The position numbers and the translations under genes were made by a program. The notes below the pieces were generated by a model. It was not told the origin of the DNA and searched no databases. It saw only the letters and a list, made by a program, of their open reading frames with translations. Shown piece by piece: positions 48,801-60,800 of a DNA stretch of 64,000 nucleotides. Source of the stretch: Asterias rubens (taxonomy: Eukaryota); NCBI RefSeq assembly GCF_902459465.1, contig NC_047069.1:17174001-17238000 (forward strand). Direction: 5' to 3'. Each line of letters opens with the position of its first letter. Within the stretch, counting starts at the first letter, position 1.

Positions 48801-51800
48801 CTTGTATGTACAACATCACTCTTGTAAACCATGAGGGTTAATGACTGCACTTACGTGAGAACATTGTGAGGAACCATGGTATAGCATAGAGCTCTGGAAT
48901 GAACCCAATGCTATTCATGTGATTACTCAACTCAGGATCATGAAATGCTATCAGATGGGAAAATACTGCAAGATACTCTGAAAATAGAAAAATAATCAAA
49001 TGTGTGATTATTTGTGTTACAAATTTATTAAAATCATTATTGATGGCCTTGCATTTTCGACTGCAGTAGTGTCTTTTTTGAAATACTTATTACCATTACA
49101 ACATACACATACTAGACCAACAAACACATACTGTGTGTACATGTACCCAACTAAAATGGGTGTGAAATGGGCCGTGTAATAGAGGTTATCACACTCTACA
49201 TGTAGTTGCCATGTACAGACCTGTGAGAATCAAAGATTCAAGTTTGCTTCAAGATAATGATGATAGACCTTATATGACATAATTTCAGAAGGGCCCCACT
49301 CAACTAGCTAGAGATAAAAAAGAGGTTGTTCATTGGGTAATCCTGTTTACTGTGTGTACAAATCTACACATTTCCACCATTTTATCATTGGATTAATGTA
49401 CCTCTAAGATGGCGTTTAGCCACAGCCACTTCTAATGCTGTTGAGTCAAACACAGCCATCAATCAGCCAGGCTCACTTCACAAAGAGCAAGCTTGGTCTT
49501 AAGCTGTGTACCAATCTTCATTGCAAAGCAATGTGCGATGTCACAATACAAACCACTATTGTGATATAGACAGCTCAAAAGATGAATCTTAGTGCTTTGT
49601 GAAATTGAGCCTAGGGTCCAATTTCATAGAAATGCTTAAAGGGACATGTTGCCTTGGATCGGACGAGTTGGTCTATAAAAGGTGTTTGTTACCGTTTGTT
49701 ACAAAACGCATATGGTTAGAAAGATGTTTTCAAAGTAGAATACAATGATCCACACAAATTTGCTTCAAATTTGCGTGGTTTTCCTATTACTTTGCTGACT
49801 TCCATAAATTGCTGACCGTGTTAGTTGACGAGGTAAACCGTGCAATTTCGAGGCATGTTTGTGTGGATCATTGTATTCTACTTTTAAAACATCTTTCCAA
49901 CAGTATACATTTTATAACAAACGGTTCAAACGCTTTTCAACGACCAACTCGCCCGATCCAAGGCAACGTGTTCCTTTAACAGCCGATTTTGTGTGCTTAC
50001 TGTGCGAGTTTCCATTTCAAAGCGCTGTTAATCGTAAGCACATGGAAAGGCATGCTAACCTTCCAGTGCTTACTGTATCAAAAATGAATGACTTAACAAT
50101 GCAAAACCATGGTGAATGCGCAACCTGTGAAATACGCTTACACCTAAGCAAATTTTTCTGCTATTAAAGCCATTATACACTTTCGGAACAGAAAAAAAAA
50201 AAAAATTCACAGATTTACAAATTACTTACAGGGTTTACAGAAGGTAATGGTGAAAGACTTCTCTTGAAATATTATTCCATGAAATGCTTTACTTTTCGAG
50301 AAAACATTAAAACAATTATCAATTCTCGTTGTCGAGAATTACAGATTTATTTTAAACACATGTCATGACACAGCGAAACGTGCGGAAACAAGGGTGGGTT
50401 TTCGCCGTTATTTTCTCCCCCGAATCCGATGACCGATTGAGCCTAAATTTTCACATTTTGCTATTTTATATATAAGTTGTGATACACGAAGTGTGGGCCT
50501 TTGGACAATACTGTTTACTGAAAGTGTCCAATGGCTTTAAGCAGGTCTAAGTAGTAGAGTGGAGGACATTCGTTACTACGATACTAACCTTGTATGATGG
50601 CTGAGTTGTCCTTCAAGAAGAATTTGTAAAGATACTTTGGAATGAAAGCTGACAGACAAGAGTAGGCTAGGGCTAAATGGGGCAAGAAAACACAACATAC
50701 AGACCATCCGTTATAAACATTTGGCATTTCAATAATGCAATAGCACACTATTAACAAATTTTAAGTGCTTTACAAATGCTTTAAGCTATACAAATGAGGA
50801 AGGTTTTGAGAAGTTTTTGAAAATCTACATTTCAAAAACATGGAACGTGGAATTATTACATACAAAATAATAGAGGTCTAGTTAATTTATCCATGGAGGT
50901 ATGGTTAAAGAAATGGATACAAATTCCCCAAATGAGAGCCTTACTTTGGTAGTTAGTACTACACAATAAAATATAACAGTACACAAAGTAAACATTGAAC
51001 CAGAGAGAATTCAAACAATTACTCTAAAGACAGACAGCACCCATGTTTTTTACCTTCATTGTTGAAATTGAGATAAAGAAATGGGGCACACAGCGAGTCC
51101 AAACCTGAAAAAAACATATAAAGAAGAGGACATTTTTATTCATCGTTTCTTACCCAGTAAACTCAATCCAAAACTCAAAATTTTAAAGGGATGACAAATA
51201 TAACTGGTAAGGCATTTCTTTACATCCTAGAACAAGTGCCTTTATACAGTAGAAGATCTTAAATGTTGACTTTTATGAAGGCATTGTGGTTTGTCGTGCC
51301 CGAGTTTGTCGTGGTTTGGCGTGGGTTCGAATCCCGGTTATGACACTTGTGGTTTGTCGTGGCCGAGTTTGTCGTGGTTTGGCGTGCGTTCGAATCCCGG
51401 TTATGACACTTGTGGTTTGTCGTGGCCGAGTTTGTCGTGGGTTCGAATCCAGGTTATGACACTTGTGGTTTGTCGTGGCCGAGTTTGTCGTGGGTTCGAA
51501 TCCAGGTTATGACACTTGTGGTTTGTCGTGGCCGAGTTTTTCGTGGTTTGGCGTGGGTTCGAATCCCGGTTTTGACACTTGTGGTTTGTCGTGGCCGAGT
51601 TTGTCGTGGTTTGGCGTGGGTTCGAATCCCTGTTATGACACTTGTGGTTTGTCGTGGCCGAGTTTGTCGTGGTTTGGCGTGGGTTCGAATCCCGGTTATG
51701 ACACTTGTGGTTTGTCGTGGCCGAGTTTGTCGTGGTTTTGGCGTGGGTTCGAATCCCGGTTATGACACTTGTGGTTTGTCGTGGCCGAGTTTGTCGTGGT

Positions 51801-54800
51801 TTGGCGTGGGTTCGAATCCCGGTTATGACACTTGTGGTTTGTCGTGGCCGAGTTTGTCGTGGTTTGGCGTGGGTTCGAATCCCGGTTATGACACTTGTGG
51901 TTTGTCGTGGCCGAGTTTGTCGTGGTTTGGCGTGGGTTCGAATCCCGGTTATGACACCTGTAGGCACTTAAACATAATTGCTTTGTAAACAATTGTACAG
52001 GTAGTGCATTTTCCTGATAAAAAAGTCTGAAACTGAGATCCAGATATTAGGAAGTACATTGAAATGAAGGCAGACCACCAAAAACACGTAAAAATGGACT
52101 TTAATAAACAGTAAAAACTTTAAAACTACACCCATATATACCGCCCTCATTCGGTTGATATTGGTTGATGTTAAACAGGGGGCGCTATTGAAAAACTCTG
52201 AGAAAAAACGGTTGAACACTTTTTTTATTTATTTAAAAAAAATTAATATGTGCTTCGAATGGTTAAATATGAAGACAAATTTCACATTTTTGTTCAATTT
52301 GATAAAAGTCTGAATTAGTTAAAAACTGACATTTCTCATCCCTGAAATGAGCACTTTTGATGTAGTATTGTCATTACTATTTTCCCACAGCCTTGCCAGC
52401 CTTGCCTACCTTGCCAGTAAGTCAGATGAGGATGAGATACAACCCATGCCTTGAGAATGCGCTTGAATTTATTATGCGCCTCAGGGGAGGAGAGAAGTTC
52501 ACTGTACTGATGGCACCTTGGGATGTCCACCTCGATCTGTCTGTCCGTCGTTGTGGGTGTCTCTTTGTCTATGCCGTCGTACACGGCCTTGAAGTCACCC
52601 TGTGTGTTATTGGAAGACAAGAATTGACAAATTAACAACTCACTCCGAGGTGGTGAAGCTAAAAACGAAGTGAAACGTAGTAGTCTTGGTCGATTTTATA
52701 TCTTATGCCCAGATAGTAGTTTATAAGCATGGCAATTCTTTTCGGAAGTGAGAAGTCTCCCGATTTTAAAAATCTACTATTCTCCAGTAGTAGCGAAGTC
52801 TCCAGAGTTCCAAAAAATCTACTCTGTGGTAGTAGAATACAAGCGAGACAAAAGTTCTCAAGAGATGTTATCTACCCAGCAAGACACATGATGGTACTGC
52901 AACGCAACCCCCCCCCCCCTCTATTGGGATTGAGACACCAAGATTGAAAGCACCAATGGGAGACTTTGAGGCGCTAGGTGGCAGCAGACTTACCATGTAA
53001 ATTTCCATTGTTTACGTAGTTCTGAGCATGCGCACTTTACCGAGAACAATGGATTTTACCTGGTAAGTCTGCTGCCACCAAGCATCCTGAAAGTCTCCAA
53101 TTGGAATTGAAACGTCAATCAGGATTGGAACACCAATTGGGATATATGCAGGGGAAGTTTTCATTTTGTTTTAGCAGCGTTACGTTAGTGAGGCTCTGAC
53201 CTCAACAGTGAGCAGTGCTGCCCATATCTCTGGCCTGTACAATGGTGGCGTATCAATCCTAGCCTCCCTGAAGACACGTCCAATGGTGTATGGATAGCCT
53301 CGTAGTATTCTGTCAAATAACACCACACGATGAAACTGCAAATGGAAAGCAACATTAGAGATTGAACCTGATTTGAATCTACTTATTGGGCCTTAAGCTT
53401 TCCTAAATCCATCTCAACTCTTAGAAGTAAACAGCAGAGGCAACCAAATAAGCTCAGAGGTTAAATCATTCACATCAGCAATCTCTGCCCTCACAGGTAC
53501 CCATTTACTCCTGAGTGATTTGAGAAGCATTTATTATTATAATAATGAGGCATTCATGATGTCTTGCCAAAAAACAATATGTGTCACTAACAGGATTCAA
53601 ACCCACAGTATGATGACTAAATCACAAAATACCACAAAGAATCTTAGGGCCATGTGATATGAGGAAGTTTACAGGCAACTAGTTCAAGGCTATCTCCATT
53701 AAAAAAAAAACATTCATAAATACCCCAGACAGTTTCTCTACTCCTATTGGTGGAGAGCGCGTCACGTGGGTGTTCATAAACCTTTTGTTAATGCACACTG
53801 GAGCTCTGTTTATGCACACTGAGCCGGCTTCCGCGTGTCGGGCGCGCAAGATTATCACGTGGAACGCGCAAATCATAGCTATCAGCGCATAATCTAAGCG
53901 GGCACGCGTACCACAACCTACGCGCCTCGAACAGATTCTTCACAAAGTTTTTGAATTTTTTTTTTCAAAGTGTCTGTAACTGTATTTGTTTATGTTTTTA
54001 AACAAAAGGGCATTTATGAATGGGAATAAAAGAGAGGGCCGCCGACCCTGCCGGCTTTAAACGTACAATGAAGAACTCGTCACTACCCTTTTATTCTCTT
54101 ATTTACATTTCCATGTTCACATATTTTGCTACCAAAGTGGTCCCGTAGCATTGTCTGCAGTTGGTTGCCTCAAGGTGCCTGAACATACCTGGTATTCAAT
54201 GTCCTTCTCTCTGATAATGAGTGGCAAGGTGGCCGTCTCCGATAGATCGTTGCTACTTGGAGAAGTGGGTAGATTCACCTTATTCTTCCTGGTAAATTTA
54301 CAGAAAATACACATTTTAATATGGCCTGACAAAAAATAACATCTTATGCAATACATGAACAAACTTAAACAATTGGAGCACTGCTAGATAATTATAACCT
54401 TGTCAACCGTGGCGGTCTCTGATAGATCATTGCTACTTGGAGAGGTGGGTAGATTCACCTTATTCTTCCTGGTAGATTTACAGAAAACACACATTTTAAT
54501 ATGGTTTCACACAAAAAAATCTTGATTTTGGGTTGAACAAAGAATAATTGACTAGAGCGGGATTTGAACCAACGACCTCCGGTTTAACGTGCCGGCGCTC
54601 TACCAACTGAGCTATCTAGCCCTATGTTGGTGGTCTCCCCCAGTCCCAATTTTGTCAATATCTTATGACAGAAACACAGACAAATACGAACTTATGTAAA
54701 CCATGAACAAACTAAAACAATCGGGGCAATGCCAGATAAGTATAACCTTGTCGTCTTCTCATGATGCACTTTGAAAATGGCCGCTAATGAACAAACTATA

Positions 54801-57800
54801 GAGGGCACACTGTATTCAGATGGAAAAACAGCCTAACTTGAAAAAATAACTTTTGAGAAAAGCAAGTAAAAAGATAAGCTGTTTGTGCATGAAAACAGGA
54901 AAACTGTAAAAGGAGGCTGAAAAATGACATGTTATATTCACATCCATACTTAGAATGTCTTTTAAACTTTGAAATTTGCCAAGAAATGATCTTAAATAGA
55001 AAAACACATTTTTTTGTCATGGAAAGCTGCATTACTCATGAGGAAACTCACTGCTCCAGCCATCATCAGGAAAACTGCATGATATCAAAAGTAAAAAAAA
55101 AATAAATACTAAAACCCAAACTTAATAAGAACTTACTCATCTTCAAGAAGAGGGTAGAAGGCTGTGTCGTCGATGTTCTCCATCCGCGTCTTAAGCTGCG
55201 TCATTGACAGCGTGACCACAGTGTCATCATAGAGGGAGCTACTGTCTCGCTCTAGGCCCACAACGTCTCCATACTGCGTCACCAGACTAGAGAAGAAGTT
55301 TCAAAGCAACAGTAGGTAATTAAGACCTGGGAGAACAGGGCTAAGTTACATAGAGATCCTTGAGCAAAAAGTTATGTTGAACAATTAACTGCTCAGCAAA
55401 ATTTAGCCAGAATCCAGTCACAAAATGTTATGTAAGCAAAATGGTATTTTGTATAGTTACTTTATTCCAGTAAGTAAAAATGTTTTGTGATGAACTACTT
55501 TTGTAAGTGGCCTGATGTTTTGACCCTAGCAGAATCTTTCTCAAAATCTAAATGACAACAGCACAACATACACAAATAAGTAAACTAGTGTAACGAGTTC
55601 AAATCATTGTGGTACTTGCTGCTAAAATATTGGATTCAAACTGCCTCTAGCTACCAGAAACTCGGTGGTCTAGTGGTAAATCATATGTTCTAGAATGGCA
55701 TAGGTCATGGGTTTAAACCCAACTTGAGTATTACTTTATTTAAAAGTGCCTAAACAACCTTATGCACATGACACCATTTGATGAGTAATTAAGCACCTTT
55801 AGCTAGAGGTAAAAAGAAGTTTGTTCATTGGCTCATCCTTGCGCCGTGCACACTTAGTTGTGAATCTTCCATTGTTTCATTATCCTCTTACCTCTAAGAT
55901 GGAGGTGCACACTTAGCTGTGAATCTTCCATTGTTTCATTATCCTCTTACCTCTAAGATGGAGGTGCACACTTAGCTGTGAATCTTCCATTGTTTCATTA
56001 TCCTCTTACCTCTAAGATGGAGGTGCACACTTAGCTGTGAATCTTCCATTGTTTCATTATCCTCTTACCTCTAAGATGGAGGTGCACACTTAGCTGTGAA
56101 TCTTCCATTGTTTCATTATCCTCTTACCTCTAAGATGGAGGTGCAAACTTAGCTGTGAATCTTCCATTGTTTCATTATCCTCTTACCTCTATAATGGAGG
56201 TGCACACTTAGCTGTGAATCTTCCATTGTTTCATTATCCTCTTACCTCTCAGATGGAGGTGCACACTTAGCTGTAAATCTTCCATTGTTTCATTATCCTC
56301 TTACCTCTAAGATGGAGGTGCACACTTAGCTGTGAATCTTCCATTGTTTCATTATCCTCTTACCTCTCAGATGGAGGTGCACACTTAGCTGTAAATCTTC
56401 CATTGTTTCATTATCCTCTTACCTCTAAGATGGAGGTGCACACTTAGCTGTGAATCTTCCATTGTTTCATTATCCTCTTACCTCTAAGATGGAGGTGCAA
56501 ACTTAGCTGTGAATCTTCCATTGTTTCATTACTCCTTACCTCTATAATGGAGGTGCACACTAGCTGTGAATCTTCCATTGTTTCATTATCCTCTTACCTC
56601 TCAGATGGAGGTGCACACTTAGCTGTAAATCTTCCATTGTTTCATTATCCTCTTACCTCTAAGATGGAGGTGCACACTTAGCTGTGAATCTTCCATTGTT
56701 TCATTATCCTCTTACCTCTCAGATGGAGGTGCACACTTAGCTGTAAATCTTCCATTGTTTCATTATCCTCTTACCTCTAAGATGGAGGTGCACACTTAGC
56801 TGTAAATCTTCCATTGTTTCATTATCCTCTTACCTCTAAGATGGAGGTGCACACTTAGCTGTGAATCTTCCATTGTTTCATTATACTCTTACCTCTAAGA
56901 TGGAGGCGTGATAACAAAAGAACACATTTTGGTAGTTTTTGCTAAAAGCTGATGTGGTTCGGCAATTCAAACAATAATACTCTGCTCATCTTTTTCTTTG
57001 TTTTCTTTTTTTTCTCCCTAGGACGAGCTGAGTCAACTGTTGGAAACATCGTTCCCACAAGTTTACGTTTGATTACGTTACATTTTATTCAATTCAAATG
57101 ATGTTTAAGACACTCACTCAGCTAAGTTACAGATCGGTGGACTACTTCTTAAGAGACCTTTCTTTCGGAGTTCAGCTTCAAGATCTCCCCCTGCCAGACC
57201 CCAAAGGTAGTAAACCTCCGCTATGGATCGCAACTCAAGATGGTCATCGCTGGATTCTGTTTGGAAACCAAAATAAAGGTTTGTTTGCATTGAGATAAAC
57301 CCAGTCTGCAAACCAAGGGTTCACTTCATAGGCTTTGTGCGAAATACGTCCCGATACGTGCAAATTCTACAGATACACGGAAAAAACAAACCTTTTCACG
57401 AGAAAACCATTAAGAATTCTCCAGATCTCTCTGTGGTGCTTTTAAAACCAAGATAAACGCGAAGAAGACAAAAATCCGAAGAAGATGTTTCTATTTAGTG
57501 CTTTGGCCAAACATAATATACAAACTCGGGTCCAGAATGCTCCCACAGTTTAAAACAAAACTGAACACGAACCCAGTGTCAATTAGCTTATAAATACTGT
57601 GCAGACAAGATATTTTTCACGCTAAAACAAATAGACTAAGAGCGACTCTAGATCGTTTCAGACAGGCGAACAACTGAAACAGTTGATCCTTTAAATTCTA
57701 TAGTGTCCAGTCGCAGCACGAAAATTCAAGAATTAAACTTTTTGTTTGTCTCTGGAGTGCCTATCTGAAGTGGGTGTTACTCACCTAGTCTGACGCTCTC

Positions 57801-60800
57801 AATGTATTCATCAAGGTTTAAATCCTCACATCTCAGACCAGGGTACTGGAACATTGTCATATTGTTCTTAGGTAGTAGTTTACAGGATTCATAATTTTTG
57901 AACAGATCACTAGCAAGTATATCAGCTGGACTTGGCCTAAAGACATGAAAAGATCAAAAGAAAAATCAGTTAACCAACCAATCTCTAAAAATATAAATAA
58001 TAATAATAATAACTCGTTTTGAAAAATGAACTTTATCTAAGGGTGTCTCAAAGTACTTCTTATTATAAAAATAAAAAGAAAGGTTTTTGAATAATGACAC
58101 CCATTTATGTAGCATCTTATATTATTGGCATACCACCCTATTCAGAGTCCACAGTTTGGGTGTTGAGTTACTGTATGGTGTTAGACTGAGGACTGCACTA
58201 GTAAACTGATCATGCTTTACATGGGATCAGGCTTACTGTGTTTTGCATTTTTAAGAACGAAAGGATGTAACCGTTCCAACTTACCGTTTATCTTGAGATA
58301 TGGTTAAGCACTGTCTTAAGAAGCTCTTTAAGGAGTCTGACAATTCCTATAAGGAAAATAAATCAATTTGAAATTTGAAACTTTTCTTGGCAACATTAAA
58401 AAACATGTTACAACTACTTTTAAATGTAAGCACTTAAGAGCATTTTTTTGTAATGGACTTGGCACTGTATTAATGGTAGTCATTATTATTCTTGATTTGG
58501 GGTTGAATAAAGAAGAAAATAACTTGAGCAGGATTTGAACCAAGACCTTTGGATTAACACGCCAATGCTCTACTAACTAATCTAGCTAACCCTATGTTGA
58601 CAGACTTCCTATCTTGTAAAAGCCTTTGTTCCGGGGTGCCAGCCAGAAGCCATACAGACATTTACTGCCAGGTAGCCAGGGATAACCCCAAAGTTTACGA
58701 TACAACATATGAAGTAGCAGCCAGGGGATCACCTAAAGGGAATGCAGGGGTATCAAATATAAACCACAAGGGAAATTGACTGGGTATTAATTTTAAATGA
58801 TTTGGGGTTGAATGAAGAGAAATTAACTAGTGGGATTTGAAGCAATGACCGCTGGATTAGTGGCTGGAGCTAATAAGCTCAGTCGGTAGAGTGCTCATTT
58901 ACAAGAAGCTGAATCTTCACTAATGAAGTCAACACTCTTTCATATGGCTGAGAACCCAAAACACACTTTAGCAACCGAGCTCAATTAAACAGCTCCAGTT
59001 ACAAACCTCTTTAATAACGAACCTACAAGCGCCCATCCTGTTTTCCATTATGGGAGTCAATTTGGAAGTCAGATGTGCACAAAGGCGGAAATTGTTCAGA
59101 GGTGTGTTCCGTGTTGTGTAGGGGTCTACAATGCTATTTAATACTCATATGCATGCAATATTTGTACACCAGTTTCTTCAATGTCGGCTCTCAGTCTTTT
59201 ACCTGATATTTATTTTGTAAGCCGTGTTCTTTTAGGATGGTTTCCAAGGGGTGTCCACCATTGCCGTGCTTCCCAAGTAACATCACCTTAGAGATGAGTT
59301 GAGGTAATGTACAGGAAACCCACAGCTCCATCCCAAGGCAGATCTCCATGATGATGATCCCCAGTGACCAGACGTCAACCTTAGGGCCCGAGGGAGTTAT
59401 CTTCTCCGTGGACTCCCTACCCTGGATAGGACCTTGCGCTAGAACTTCTGGGGACATGTAACGAGGATGGCTGAGAAAAAAAGTGAGAAAGCATTTTGAT
59501 TAATTCTGTTTTCAAGTAAACTTTCAATAGATAAACACAGAAGCGTTGCCACCATTTGCATCTGGCAACCAGGGGCATTTTAAGAATTGCTTTCAACATA
59601 TTTAATTGTTTGTGAATTTGTTGCATAAAAGGCCGAAATGAGTTTCCCATCGTGGATAATAAAGTGAGTTTAATTGAATTGAAGATGAAAAGTTTTCCAT
59701 AAAACTGCTTCTCTGTCAAATGTTTATAATATGTTCTTGGCATGTCCCCTTCATTGCATCTGATGAAGTGGTTGTTGCTGCGAATAATTAGAGTAATTAG
59801 AACTTCTTTACGTGTTACCACTATTTTCCTTTTCTTAGCCTTTGAGTAAAACCATTATAAATTGTGTTGCGAAGTACATAGTCTCTGCTTTTAGGTTAAA
59901 GAAAACCCAAACATAATTTAATACTTCGTTCTTGCTTACGTCTCCTTCTTTGTTTGTATTATAAGTTGGATTTGTTTATTGTTGTAACCCTTCCCAAGGG
60001 TATTGGGATTGTTCCGCTTTTTTTTAAATTTTTTTATTTTGGGGGTTAAACAAAGACAAATTGACTAGAGTGGGATTCGAACCAACGACCTCAATACTTT
60101 ATTTTGGAATAAACGTTGATCCAATACAACACAATGAAGCTGTTTCAAAATTTTGCAAGATTGTAACTTACCCAACAGGAAAAGAGACACAAGCTCCATG
60201 CTCTGTTATGTGATACAACCCGTGATTAGCAAGCTTAGCATGACCCTGTCAAATGAGGAAAAAATGGGAGGGGAGAAATTTCATTCAAATTTATTCTTAC
60301 CTTTGAACAAAGTTTTTTAAAGGCAGTGGACACTACTGGTAATTACTCAAAATAAGTATTAGCATAAAACCTTACTGAATTACGGGCAATGGGGAGAGGT
60401 TGATAGTATAAAACATTGTGAGAAACGGCTCCCTCTGAAGTAATTGAGTGATTTTGATTTTGAGACCTCAGATTTAGAATTCAAGGTCTCAAAATCAAGC
60501 ATATGAAAGCACAGCACTTCGTGTGACAACGGTGTTTTTTCTTTCATTATTACCTCGCAACTTCAACGACCGATTGAGTTCAAATTTTGACAGGTTTGTT
60601 ATTTAATGCATATGTTGATATACGCCAACTGTTTAGTCTTTGACAATTACCAATAGTGTCCACTGTCTAGGGTCTGGGTACTTTTTGTTGGACACAAAAC
60701 ACAATGTCCATAGATTTACATCAAACTCACACAATTTGAAAATAATGATGGTAGAAAGCGTCCCTTAAAATAGTACTTGCTGAGGTGCTGCAGGTTTTTT

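Noticed and set aside
51286-51957. CRISPR-like array
   Set aside because: The units are contiguous near-identical repeats with no unique spacers, there are no cas genes, and the context is eukaryotic. The same applies to 55846-56906.
51291-51992. Several 70-192 aa ORFs on both strands
   Set aside because: They are translations of the 63-bp tandem repeat.
54560-54625. Second tRNA gene
   Set aside because: Has A and B boxes but no acceptor stem or cloverleaf, and degenerate copies occur at 58.5, 58.8 and 60.1 kb, so it is a SINE.
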